Source of the DNA: Bacteroidia bacterium
GTDB lineage: Bacteria; Bacteroidota; Bacteroidia; UBA4408
Direction of reading: 5' to 3'
Length of the DNA stretch: 41,070 nucleotides
NCBI GenBank assembly: GCA_044370375.1
Contig: JBILVQ010000003.1
Span: forward strand, 1 to 41,070
Under the pieces are notes generated by a model that worked only from the letters and a program-made list of their open reading frames with translations, had not been told where the DNA came from and did no database searches. The position numbers were made by a program, and so were the translations under genes. This document shows positions 30,182 to 39,382 of the stretch, in pieces; within the stretch, counting starts at the first letter, position 1, and each line of letters starts with the position of its first letter.

Positions 30182-30805
30182 ATGGAAACAGAATTAATCA
30201 TCATACACCCTGAAAACCCACAGGAAAGACAATTGCAAAAAGTTGTAGATTGCCTGAAAAGTGGCGGCCTGGTTATCTATCCTACCGACACTGTTTATGG
30301 GCTGGGCTGTGATATTTTTAAGACAAGATCGGTAGAAAAAATCGCCCAGCTTAAGGGCTTAAAACCCGAAAAAGCAAACTTCTCCATTATTTGTCAAGAC
30401 CTGAGTCACCTTAGCGATTTTGCACGTCCGGTTTCTACACCTGTTTACAAACTGATGCGTAGAACATTGCCGGGGCCCTTTACTTTTATTGTTGCTGCCA
30501 ATAACAAGGTTCCCAATCTTTTCTTAAGAAAAAAAACAACCGTTGGTATCAGGGTTCCGAACAATAAAATAATTCTGGAGTTGGTTCGTCTTCTTGGCAA
30601 TCCTATTGTTAGCACATCGGTACATGACGAGGACTTGTTAATTGATTATACTACCGATCCTGAATTAATCTTTGAACGTTATCGGGGCAAGGTTGATTTG
30701 GTTGTTGCGGGTGGCCCCGGTGGCATTGTGCCTTCAACCGTGATTGACTGTACAGGAGATGAGCCTGTTATTTTAAGAAAAGGGTTGGGTGAAATTGAGC
30801 TTTAG
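30182..30805 (+). CDS. Sua5/YrdC/YciO family protein (YciO-like; threonylcarbamoyl-AMP synthase fold)
   Basis: IHPENPQER, IYPTDTVYGLGC, LPGPFTFI, VGIRVP, STSV, PSTVID. Confidence 0.92.
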   Translation: METELIIIHPENPQERQLQKVVDCLKSGGLVIYPTDTVYGLGCDIFKTRSVEKIAQLKGLKPEKANFSIICQDLSHLSDFARPVSTPVYKLMRRTLPGPFTFIVAANNKVPNLFLRKKTTVGIRVPNNKIILELVRLLGNPIVSTSVHDEDLLIDYTTDPELIFERYRGKVDLVVAGGPGGIVPSTVIDCTGDEPVILRKGLGEIEL

Positions 30806-30828
30806 GAAATCTCTCAACACAAAATAAT

Positions 30829-31653
30829 TTACAACTTACCGGCAATAACAAGGTAAGTAAAAATAAAAGGAAGAACAAAAATAAAACTATCCAATCTGTC
30901 TAAAAACCCACCATGGCCGGGCATAATTTTACCGGAGTCTTTAACACCTGCATCTCTTTTAAACAAAGATTCAACAAAGTCGCCCAAGGTGCCCATGAGC
31001 GAAACCAACAAGCCAATAACCATCCAATCTGTTTTGGATCCCCACCACAATAGATCAGACATGAACCAAGCCAAAACACTAACACCAAGAATACCTCCGG
31101 CTAAACCTTCGTAAGTTTTCTTTGGCGAAACCCTTTCCATTATTTTGTGTTTGCCAAAAACAGATCCTGCAAAATAGGCAAAGGTGTCATTGGCCCAAAT
31201 CATAAAAATACTACCTAGTAAATACTCAAAATGATAATGGTGATTAACGAAAACCAATTGGGCTGCAAAGGCGAAAGGAAGCGTAGCATAAATTACCACC
31301 ATCAATGCAGAGGGTAATTCCGCAAATGGTTTGGGATTTGTTTTAAAAAGTTCTGCCAAAAACAAAAGAAAGAAAAAAGGAATAAACAAGGCCAGCCATG
31401 GATAATCAAGACTTCCCTTGGCTGTGAGAAAACTTAGTGAAACAGTCAAAAGATTGATTAGGTGGAGAAAAAAAACCGGCAGTTGATTACCTTTCACCTT
31501 CATCATGTTCATCAGTTCAAAAACAGAACCGGTAGAAACAAATAAAAGGAAGGCAAAAAACCACCAGGGCCCCGCCAACAAGGTTCCCAAAAGAATAATT
31601 ACGTAGGCGAAAGCTGAAAGGCTTCGAACAAATAAATTAGGAGGAATACCCAT
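30829..31653 (-). CDS. cdsA: Phosphatidate cytidylyltransferase
   Basis: WANDTFAY..G..FGKH, SPKKTYEG, GDFVESLFKRDAGVKDSG..MPGHGGFLDRLDS. Confidence 0.96.
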   Translation of the reverse strand: MGIPPNLFVRSLSAFAYVIILLGTLLAGPWWFFAFLLFVSTGSVFELMNMMKVKGNQLPVFFLHLINLLTVSLSFLTAKGSLDYPWLALFIPFFFLLFLAELFKTNPKPFAELPSALMVVIYATLPFAFAAQLVFVNHHYHFEYLLGSIFMIWANDTFAYFAGSVFGKHKIMERVSPKKTYEGLAGGILGVSVLAWFMSDLLWWGSKTDWMVIGLLVSLMGTLGDFVESLFKRDAGVKDSGKIMPGHGGFLDRLDSFIFVLPFIFTYLVIAGKL

Positions 31654-31846
31654 GATTTTGAATTAATTCGAGAGCTCTCTCCTTTTGATCAGGGTGAACC
31701 AACAAGTGAATCTCTCCGAAGGTGGGATAAACTGAATCTTTTTGATTGAATAATAAAACTTCAATTCCGAAGCTTTTCAACCAAACCATGAGCATGGTGC
31801 TTTCCTGTAAATTATCTGAAGAGAAAATTTGAACCCAGTTTTCCAA
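31637..31846 (-). CDS. DUF2007-like small protein (putative signal-transducing, GlnB-like fold)
   Basis: W..IFS......L...GI.....N.KDS.Y..FGEI.L.V......A..LI pattern; operon position. Confidence 0.75.
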   Translation of the reverse strand: MENWVQIFSSDNLQESTMLMVWLKSFGIEVLLFNQKDSVYPTFGEIHLLVHPDQKERALELIQNHGYSS

Positions 31847-31855
31847 AGTAAGCAG

Positions 31856-32500
31856 CTATTCAGGGTCAACCATTAAATCATCCATCAAAAAGACATACAA
31901 ATCACGTGGATTTTGAATGGCTCCTTCATTGCCCTGATAATCTAAACCGGCAGGGTTACTGATTACATGAAAAGAAGAGGGCAATACACCATCATACTTT
32001 TCTTTCAGTTGTTGAATAGCCTCTTTTACTTCATAAACCAATTGAGAGGTAAAAGCCACCACAACAAGGGCGGGTGATTGAAAAAAGGCCTGACTGGATG
32101 AACCCTGAGAAAGAGAAACCATAACAGAACCTGTGCGGGCAATAAGCGCTTCACAAGTTGTAATTGCCGGCATGTTCTTTTCAAAAACAGGCACAAAGTT
32201 AATCTCTGCAATTTCTAACAATCCCTGAAGTATTTCTTCTTCACAAATTGCAGTTCCCCATTTATTCTCTTTAAGCAAAAAATCTACGTTATCAATTAGC
32301 TCCTTGTTATCGGCACAGAAAAAAAACTTGCCACCGGCTTCAGAAAAATTTTGGGCAAAACAAATCTCTAAAGGATCTTCCGAGACAGGAAAAACCGGTG
32401 TTTCGAAATCAAGACTCACAACAGATTCACGAGGGGCTTTGTTCAACAATGCCTTGCGGATTCTTTTTAGGATTTTTTCCCTTGGAGTACTTTCTTCCAT
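31856..32500 (-). CDS. LUD-domain (LutC/YkgG-like) protein
   Basis: REKILKRIRKAL, F..NF...GG.F, ITTCEALIARTGSV; conserved position after ftsH in Bacteroidota. Confidence 0.85.
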   Translation of the reverse strand: MEESTPREKILKRIRKALLNKAPRESVVSLDFETPVFPVSEDPLEICFAQNFSEAGGKFFFCADNKELIDNVDFLLKENKWGTAICEEEILQGLLEIAEINFVPVFEKNMPAITTCEALIARTGSVMVSLSQGSSSQAFFQSPALVVVAFTSQLVYEVKEAIQQLKEKYDGVLPSSFHVISNPAGLDYQGNEGAIQNPRDLYVFLMDDLMVDPE

Positions 32501-32514
32501 GTTGAAACGAGTGA

Positions 32515-34572
32515 TTAAACAGCTGAATCTAACGTTGGTGGTGCATCAGCCCCATTTTGAGGAATAGCCTCAGGTTCCTTGGTTTCTGAAGTTGGCTCTA
32601 TAGCGACTGGCTCAATACGGGTGCCATCTTTTTCAAAGGGTCTTTTTCCAATCAGTCTTTCTAAATCGCCTTGAAAAATCACCTCCTTTTTCAGTAATTC
32701 CTGCGCAAGTTTTTCCAATTCATTGCGCTTCTCAAGGATTAAACTCTTGGTTCTCTCATACAAGGTTTCGATAATTTTTTTCACCTCCTCATCAATGGCC
32801 TGAGCAGTTGATTCAGAATAAGGTTTTGTAAAAGAATAATCAGAAGCTTGCGGATCGTAAAAAGACATGTTTCCAATCCTTTTATTCATACCATAAATGG
32901 TCACCATGCTGTAGGCCATTTTGGTGATTCTTTCTAAGTCGCTGAGCGCCCCGGTTGAAATTCTTCCAAAAACAATCTCCTCTGCAACTCTTCCACCCAA
33001 GGCCATGCAAATGGTATCATTCATTTGCTCGGTGGTATACAAAAACTGCTCTTTGGGTAAATATTGGGCATAACCTAATGCAGCAATTCCCCTTGGTACG
33101 ATAGACACCTTCACCAAAGGATCGGTGTGTTCTAAAAACCAACCTGTAAGTGCGTGACCGGCCTCGTGGTAGGCAACAATTTTCTTTTCGTCCTGAGAAA
33201 TTAGTTTATTCTTTTTCTCCAAACCACCAATAACCCTGTCAATGGCATCCTGAAAATCCTGCATATCAACTGCGGGTTTGTTCTTTCTTGCCGCAATAAG
33301 CGCAGCCTCGTTACAAACGTTAGCAATTTCGGCTCCTGCAAATCCAGGGGTTTGTGTTGACAGGGAATGAGCATTAACCTCTTCATTAATTTTTAGCGGT
33401 TTCATGTGAACCTTGAAAATGGCTTCCCTTCCAACAATATCCGGTTTATCGATGCTAATTTGTCGGTCGAATCGACCAGGTCTTAGCAGGGCCTGATCTA
33501 GAATATCCGGACGATTGGTCGCTGCAAGAATTATTACTCCCGAGTTAGTACCAAAACCGTCCATTTCAACCAACAAGGAGTTGAGCGTGTTTTCCCTTTC
33601 ATCATTTCCACCGTTGATCATGTTTTTGCTCCTTGATCTTCCAATCGCATCGATTTCATCAATAAAAATGATGCAAGGTGCTTTTTGCTTTGCCTGGTTA
33701 AACAAATCCCTCACCCTTGCGGCTCCAACTCCCACAAACATTTCAACAAAATCTGATCCTGACAATGAAAAGAAAGGAACATTTGCCTCACCTGCTACGG
33801 CCTTTGCCATTAGCGTTTTTCCTGTACCCGGAGGTCCGACCAACAAGGCACCTTTTGGAATTTTTCCTCCTAACTTAGTAAATTTAGTAGGGTTTTTCAG
33901 GAACTCCACAATTTCCATCACCTCTTCCTTAGCTTCTTCAAGACCTGCAACGTCCTTAAAGGTAATTTTCACCTTATCGTCGGGGTCAAAAAGGGCTGCT
34001 TTTGATTTTCCGATGTTAAAAATCTGACTGCCCCCAGCTCCACCGCCTGTCATCCTGCGCATGATAAACACCCATAATACAATCATGATAACAACAGGTA
34101 ATATCCATCCAAGCAAATCGCCACCCCAGTTTTTCCTTGTTTCATAAATCACATTTAAGTGTTGTTCTGAAGGAGTTTGAGCCTGAGACTCAGATAATTT
34201 TTTTTCAAAACTATCGATGGAACCAATATTAAAATAATAGTGTGGCCCCATATTTTTTCCATTACCGATGGCTTTTTTACCCACCTCCTGGTATTGCGTT
34301 TTTCCTAAGGATTCCTGCTTAATAAACACCTCGCAGATTTCCTTATTGACCACAACCAATTTATCCACATCACCACCCTTCAACATTTCATTTTCGAAAC
34401 GCTGCCAGTTTATTTCGCGCGAGGTGGCATTAATATCCACAAAATTCAATGCCAGAATTACTACCACGATAATGGCATAAATCCAATAAAAATTGAAAGA
34501 TGGCTTGGGAAACTGAGGTTTTTTTCCCGTTTTATTTTTTCCGTCTTGTGAGGGCTTTCCCTGTTGGCTCAT
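32515..34572 (-). CDS. ftsH: ATP-dependent zinc metalloprotease FtsH
   Basis: Two transmembrane helices; [30 protein letters not shown]. Confidence 0.99.
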   Translation of the reverse strand: MSQQGKPSQDGKNKTGKKPQFPKPSFNFYWIYAIIVVVILALNFVDINATSREINWQRFENEMLKGGDVDKLVVVNKEICEVFIKQESLGKTQYQEVGKKAIGNGKNMGPHYYFNIGSIDSFEKKLSESQAQTPSEQHLNVIYETRKNWGGDLLGWILPVVIMIVLWVFIMRRMTGGGAGGSQIFNIGKSKAALFDPDDKVKITFKDVAGLEEAKEEVMEIVEFLKNPTKFTKLGGKIPKGALLVGPPGTGKTLMAKAVAGEANVPFFSLSGSDFVEMFVGVGAARVRDLFNQAKQKAPCIIFIDEIDAIGRSRSKNMINGGNDERENTLNSLLVEMDGFGTNSGVIILAATNRPDILDQALLRPGRFDRQISIDKPDIVGREAIFKVHMKPLKINEEVNAHSLSTQTPGFAGAEIANVCNEAALIAARKNKPAVDMQDFQDAIDRVIGGLEKKNKLISQDEKKIVAYHEAGHALTGWFLEHTDPLVKVSIVPRGIAALGYAQYLPKEQFLYTTEQMNDTICMALGGRVAEEIVFGRISTGALSDLERITKMAYSMVTIYGMNKRIGNMSFYDPQASDYSFTKPYSESTAQAIDEEVKKIIETLYERTKSLILEKRNELEKLAQELLKKEVIFQGDLERLIGKRPFEKDGTRIEPVAIEPTSETKEPEAIPQNGADAPPTLDSAV

Positions 34573-34629
34573 TGCAAATTTCCTTTTCGTTAATCAACTA
34601 ATCTTTAAACCGAAATCCAATCAATTGGT

Positions 34630-35004
34630 TCAACCGTTAAAATGCTTAACGGGTGCATCTGCCCACAATTTTTCAAGTGCGTAGAAGGTTCTTGCTTCCG
34701 GTTGAAAAACATGAACAACCACATTAATATAATCCATAAGTACCCAGTCTCCTTGCTTATATCCTTCAACATGCCAAGGATCCTCTCCTGATTTTTTCTT
34801 CACCAAGCCATCCACAGAATCGGCTAAACCATTGACATGTGTACTTGATGTTCCAGTACAAATAACGAAATAATCGCATACTGCCTGAGGAATCCCCCTC
34901 AGGTCAAGTCTTATTATTTCAAGTCCCTTCTTTTCCTGAAGGCCTTCAACGATTAAATCTGCCAGTTTTTCAGCCGAAGAAGTCAGAGTTGTTGTTTTTG
35001 TCAT
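34630..35004 (-). CDS. rsfS: Ribosome silencing factor RsfS (Iojap)
   Basis: EKKG..I..LDLR, DYFVICTG.S..HV, WVLMDY..VVVHVF....R.FY.LEKLW.DA. Confidence 0.97.
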   Translation of the reverse strand: MTKTTTLTSSAEKLADLIVEGLQEKKGLEIIRLDLRGIPQAVCDYFVICTGTSSTHVNGLADSVDGLVKKKSGEDPWHVEGYKQGDWVLMDYINVVVHVFQPEARTFYALEKLWADAPVKHFNG

Positions 35005-35026
35005 GTACTGGATAAAAAATAGTTGA

Positions 35027-35034
35027 CAAAATTA
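35027..35034 (-). promoter_or_regulatory. Putative -7 promoter element for rsfS-ftsH operon
   Basis: TAATTTTG on the minus strand 22 nt upstream of the rsfS ATG. Confidence 0.6.
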
Positions 35035-35095
35035 GGGAAATTATCGGCCCAAGTACCGAAAAACCTCTTTCTTTTGCAGACTATATGGGGATATT

Positions 35096-35848
35096 TTGTT
35101 AACAGGTTCTAATTTAATTGAATTGGGGTCGATACCTTCGACCAACGATTATGCCATTTTACTTTGTGACAGAAACAAAGTAAAAGAAGGCACCTTCATT
35201 TGGACAAGCGAACAAACCGGAGGAAGAGGCCAAAGAGGGAATTCATGGGAAGTTGCCCCCCAAGAGGGACTTTGTTTCTCCATTGTATACTACCCAAGCA
35301 CCCTTTCACTTGAAAAACTTAACTTTTTGAGCATCATGGCAGCGCTTTCTGCAAGGGAGTTTATTGAAAAACTTTTGACAAAGGCTACCGTCAAAATTAA
35401 GTGGCCCAACGATATTCTGGTTGACGACAAAAAAATTGGAGGAATACTTGTTGAGAACTCCTTACAAGGAAACAGGATTCAAAGAAGCATTATGGGTATT
35501 GGCATTAATATTAACCAGGAAAATTTCCCGGAATCCTTGCCGGGAGCAGTATCTCTCTTTCAATTAACAAGCTTGAAAACCGAGATAAAATCACTAATAA
35601 CCCCGCTTCTTTTCGAAATTTTTGATCAAAAATACAATTTTCTCAGGGCAGGAGATTTTCAATCCCTCCTTCAAGAATATCAAAACCACTTGTGGGGTTT
35701 AGGAATGAAAAAAAAGTTCAATCATCCAACAGGGAGTTTATGGGCCAAGATGCTTGGGGCGAATGAAGATGGTTCTCTTTTGGTGGATGTTAATGGAGCA
35801 ATACTCCGCTGGTATTGGCCGGAATACAGAATTGACCCCAAGCCATAA
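35096..35848 (+). CDS. birA: Biotin--[acetyl-CoA carboxylase] ligase, no N-terminal HTH
   Basis: STNDY, QTGGRGQRGNSW, KWPNDI, KKIGGILVEN, GIGININQ. Confidence 0.95.
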   Translation: MLTGSNLIELGSIPSTNDYAILLCDRNKVKEGTFIWTSEQTGGRGQRGNSWEVAPQEGLCFSIVYYPSTLSLEKLNFLSIMAALSAREFIEKLLTKATVKIKWPNDILVDDKKIGGILVENSLQGNRIQRSIMGIGININQENFPESLPGAVSLFQLTSLKTEIKSLITPLLFEIFDQKYNFLRAGDFQSLLQEYQNHLWGLGMKKKFNHPTGSLWAKMLGANEDGSLLVDVNGAILRWYWPEYRIDPKP

Positions 35849-35849
35849 A

Positions 35850-36263
35850 TCAGCATTTGTTCGCTAATTCAGGTAACCTAGAAGCAAGCAAATTAATAAA
35901 ATTGGTCAAGGGTTTTTCCACCATCATTTTTAACATGGGATTTAAATCTGCTTCAAAACTCAGAGAGGTCCAAGTTTTGGAAGGATCGGATTCATGGGGC
36001 TTGAAATGCGCTTTTAATTCAAAGGCGAAAGGCATTTTCCCTGTCTCGGAATAACGAATCAATGAAAAAGGTTCGGTGCTTTTTATTTTCAAAGCAATGC
36101 CCGTTAATCCGGTAACTTTGAAAGAGCATTCGGTGTTATTGCTTTTCCAATCGGTAACCTGCGAGGGCATTAGGGTTTGAAGATTATTCATATCACTTAA
36201 AAAGTGAAAAAGTACTTCTTGTTTTTTATCAACAAGCGACTCTTGGGATTTTATGGTTGTCAT
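35850..36263 (-). CDS. SRPBCC/START-like family protein
   Basis: F.FLSD.NN...LMP....W...FEADLNPMLKMMVEKPLTNFI; follows pyrE with a 4-nt overlap. Confidence 0.8.
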   Translation of the reverse strand: MTTIKSQESLVDKKQEVLFHFLSDMNNLQTLMPSQVTDWKSNNTECSFKVTGLTGIALKIKSTEPFSLIRYSETGKMPFAFELKAHFKPHESDPSKTWTSLSFEADLNPMLKMMVEKPLTNFINLLASRLPELANKC

Positions 36264-36889
36264 TGCATCCAGGTTTGTGGTGATTGTCTCCAGTCTTCCA
36301 ATAAACTCTTTTCAGAGGAGGAAATTAAATTTTGTTCAAGCGCCTGCCCGATTAGTTCGAAATAATTGGTCAAGGTAAACAATTCGCACTTCTTATCCTG
36401 AAATGCATTTTTTGCATGGTCAAAACCATAAGAAAAAATTGCTGCCATTCCTTGCACCGAAGCACCTGCCTCCCTTAATGCATCAACGGCCGCCAGACTA
36501 CTTTTACCTGTAGAAACCAAATCTTCTACCACTGTAACTTTTGCTCCTAATGGTAGCTGCCCCTCCACCATATTTCCCAAGCCGTGCTCTTTTGGGGCCG
36601 ACCGGACATAAACAAGAGGCAATCCAAGCCTGTCGGCCACGAGCGTACCATGTGGAATTGCCCCGGTGGCAACAGCCGCAATCACCTCTGTTTCCGGAAA
36701 GTGTTTTTTTATGAGAAAAACCAAACCTTCGGCAATATGGTTCCGTATAACGGGGAATGATAACGTAACCCGGTTATCACAATAAATGGGGGATTTCCAA
36801 CCAGATGCCCATTTAAATGGGGTTTGTGGTTGAAGTTTAATTGCCTTAATTTGCAGCAAAAAAGTAGCGGTTTTTTCAGCATGAGTCAT
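36260..36889 (-). CDS. pyrE: Orotate phosphoribosyltransferase
   Basis: FKWASGWKSPIYCDNR; PRPP-binding VVEDLVSTGKS; ATG at 36889 (TTG at 36895 possible). Confidence 0.97.
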   Translation of the reverse strand: MTHAEKTATFLLQIKAIKLQPQTPFKWASGWKSPIYCDNRVTLSFPVIRNHIAEGLVFLIKKHFPETEVIAAVATGAIPHGTLVADRLGLPLVYVRSAPKEHGLGNMVEGQLPLGAKVTVVEDLVSTGKSSLAAVDALREAGASVQGMAAIFSYGFDHAKNAFQDKKCELFTLTNYFELIGQALEQNLISSSEKSLLEDWRQSPQTWMQ

Positions 36890-36892
36890 AGC

Positions 36893-36900
36893 CAAATGTA
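36893..36900 (-). promoter_or_regulatory. Putative -7 element for pyrE overlapping the NUDIX start codon
   Basis: TACATTTG on the minus strand, 3 nt before the pyrE ATG. Confidence 0.6.
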
Positions 36901-37507
36901 TAAAGTTTTTGTGAATGAAAAGCTGCTTACAATATCTGCAGAGCCAGAATTAAGCAAAAAAGAAAACCGCATCCTTAATATTCAATATGATAGCCCGGAT
37001 TTGCTGCTCTTTTATCTTGAACAATTAAAGTTAAATTGTTACCATCATCTTCATTTGTTTGGTGAAAACCCAAAGGAAATCTTCCATGAATTTTGTAAAC
37101 AATATAGGCTAATTGAAGCGGCCGGTGGAATTGTCATCAATGCTGAGGGAAAGGCACTGGTTATTTTCCGCAAAGGAAAATGGGATTTACCGAAAGGAAA
37201 AATTGACGAAGGGGAAAGTTCTGAAGAGGCTGCTGTTAGAGAAGTTGCAGAAGAATGCAATATTCAGCCACCTCAAATTATAAAATTGCTAACAGAAACA
37301 TGGCATACCTATACCCTGAATGGTCAACAAATCTTAAAAAAAACCTATTGGTATAAAATGATACCCGTTGATGGAAATGAAGAACCCAGTCCGCAATTGG
37401 CAGAAGATATTACGGAGGTGAAGTGGGCTGATCCAGTTTTTTTTCCTGAAATGAAAAAGAATATTTATCCGGCCATTGATAACCTGCTCAACCTGTATTG
37501 GAAATAA
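36896..37507 (+). CDS. NUDIX hydrolase
   Basis: Nudix box GKIDEGESSEEAAVREVAEECNI; WDLPKG; the family-typical start MYKVFVN at 36896 avoids overlap with pyrE. Confidence 0.92.
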   Translation: MYKVFVNEKLLTISAEPELSKKENRILNIQYDSPDLLLFYLEQLKLNCYHHLHLFGENPKEIFHEFCKQYRLIEAAGGIVINAEGKALVIFRKGKWDLPKGKIDEGESSEEAAVREVAEECNIQPPQIIKLLTETWHTYTLNGQQILKKTYWYKMIPVDGNEEPSPQLAEDITEVKWADPVFFPEMKKNIYPAIDNLLNLYWK

Positions 37508-37512
37508 CCGAC

Positions 37513-38895
37513 TTATTTTGTTTTCTTTAAGGTTTGTTTAAAATAATTTTCCAGGTTTTCTGAGGGCAAGGGAGGTTGGGTGGAATAAACGTCCAAATCA
37601 GAATCCAGTAAAACAAAATGAGGAAAATCTTTTACAAAAAACTTTTCTTTGGTTGTCATTTGCTGCCGATCATCTAATAAAACCGACCCAGCAGGAATGT
37701 ATTTCCTGATTGCCTCAATACCTTCTGTGGTGCCCTCTAGAATTATATAAATGAATTTAATTTTCATTCCATATTTAATGGCAATTTTTTGCAAGGCTTT
37801 AACCTCGGCAACAGAATGCCTGTCTGAAGCTGCGAAAAAACTGATAAATACCCAATTCCCCTTCTCCTCATTTAACTGAAACAATTTTCCATTATTATTT
37901 TGTAATTGAAACATGGGTGCAGGTGTCCCTTGATCCATAAAAGAAAGCGTTCTCATTAAGTTGACAGCAATCCGGCCATGGGTGGGTGTAATGGCTTTGG
38001 TCCGCGCAATATGTTTCAGAATTTTTTCAATCTGGTCCCGATTAAAATTCTTGTCATAAAATATCTCGGTTGAATTATAAATAATGACCATTTGCCTCAG
38101 CGTATCATTTTTCAAAAGCGTATCGTGCAACAAAATGTGCTGATTCAATAACTCAATGGAGGCAGATTCATTAACATCATTCAACAAAAAATTCGAAGTA
38201 GTTTTGTTCGAAACTATCCAAATATACTTTTTGAAAAACAATTTAAAATAGGCCACATAGGCAGGGTGGTTGAAATGATAAGGGGCAGAAAAATAATGAC
38301 GAAAAATAGCCCTTTTGTTCTGATAGGCTGCCTCCTCAATGGGAGCCATCATATATCGAACATAAATTGACAAAAACTCACTTGGATTAGAAAGGAAATT
38401 TTTCTGAACCAAGGCTTTGAATTTTGTCAATTCATTTGCTAACAATCTTGGCTGAACAAAAAAAGGAGCATTGAGTCGGTAAAAATTATCCAATTGTTTT
38501 TCGAAATCCATTATGGAGTCGGTTAAACAACTACGGGAGGAGTCAAGATTAAGCAAAAGAATTTCGGGCAGTTGGTTCTCAGAAATACTGAGGGAAGAAT
38601 CGGGCAAGCTAAAAGCAAGTTGGTAGCTCTTTCCGGGTTCGAGAAACCATTTTGCAAAACAAGCAGATGTGCGCAATTCAACAGGCAAAATGTTGTTGCA
38701 TGGAATATTGAAAATTACACGGCCTGAATCATTGGTCATTGTATCTGCCAACAAAACAGGTTGCCGAGAAAACTGGTCATCAAAACCTACTACTTTTATT
38801 CTTTGGTTAGGTCCATTTAAGCAGGTAATGGTTAATTGACTTCCAAAAATTGGCAAACAAGAAAAAAGCAAAAAAAAAGCAAATAAAAACCTCAT
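37513..38895 (-). CDS. Exported protein with C-terminal TlpA/redoxin-like thioredoxin fold lacking CxxC
   Basis: GTPAPMFQLQNNNGK..L.E.KG.WVFISFF...FPHFVLLD redoxin pattern; signal peptide. Confidence 0.75.
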   Translation of the reverse strand: MRFLFAFFLLFSCLPIFGSQLTITCLNGPNQRIKVVGFDDQFSRQPVLLADTMTNDSGRVIFNIPCNNILPVELRTSACFAKWFLEPGKSYQLAFSLPDSSLSISENQLPEILLLNLDSSRSCLTDSIMDFEKQLDNFYRLNAPFFVQPRLLANELTKFKALVQKNFLSNPSEFLSIYVRYMMAPIEEAAYQNKRAIFRHYFSAPYHFNHPAYVAYFKLFFKKYIWIVSNKTTSNFLLNDVNESASIELLNQHILLHDTLLKNDTLRQMVIIYNSTEIFYDKNFNRDQIEKILKHIARTKAITPTHGRIAVNLMRTLSFMDQGTPAPMFQLQNNNGKLFQLNEEKGNWVFISFFAASDRHSVAEVKALQKIAIKYGMKIKFIYIILEGTTEGIEAIRKYIPAGSVLLDDRQQMTTKEKFFVKDFPHFVLLDSDLDVYSTQPPLPSENLENYFKQTLKKTK

Positions 38896-38902
38896 GGGTT
38901 CT

Positions 38903-39373
38903 TTAAATCAGCTGATGAATTGCCACAGGAACGAAGGGCTTAATATTTCCTCCGTACTTTATGATATCGCGTGCAATGGTGGATGTAAAGGCCGTGTATT
39001 CGGGATCAGTAAGCAGGAAGAGCGTTTCTAATTCTGGAACCATGGCACGATTCATCTGTGCAATATTCTTTTCATATTCGAAATCGGATACGGAACGCAA
39101 CCCCCGTAAAATTACCGAAGCACCAACTGAGCGACAAAAATCTACCGTTAGACCCGAAAATTCCATTACTTCAACCTTTGCATCGTTTTTAAAAGTTTTT
39201 TCCAAAAACTGCAATCTTTGTTCAAGGGGAAAGAAATTGGCTTTGGCGGTATTGTTTCCAACCGCAACAATAATTTTTTCAAAGAGCGGAATGGCCCTTT
39301 TTACTATAGCTTCATGACCTCTGGTAACCGGATCAAAAAAACCGGGAAAAACTGCAATTCTCATTTCATTCAT
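38903..39373 (-). CDS. coaD: Pantetheine-phosphate adenylyltransferase
   Basis: IAVFPG.FDPVTRGH, ILRGLRSVSDFEYE..IAQMN. Confidence 0.96.
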   Translation of the reverse strand: MNEMRIAVFPGFFDPVTRGHEAIVKRAIPLFEKIIVAVGNNTAKANFFPLEQRLQFLEKTFKNDAKVEVMEFSGLTVDFCRSVGASVILRGLRSVSDFEYEKNIAQMNRAMVPELETLFLLTDPEYTAFTSTIARDIIKYGGNIKPFVPVAIHQLI

Positions 39374-39382
39374 AGAACAAAT

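Noticed and set aside
36824-36895. Apparent coding overlap of NUDIX with pyrE in the ORF track
   Set aside because: This is an artefact of the longest-ORF start; MYKVF at 36896 is the better start.
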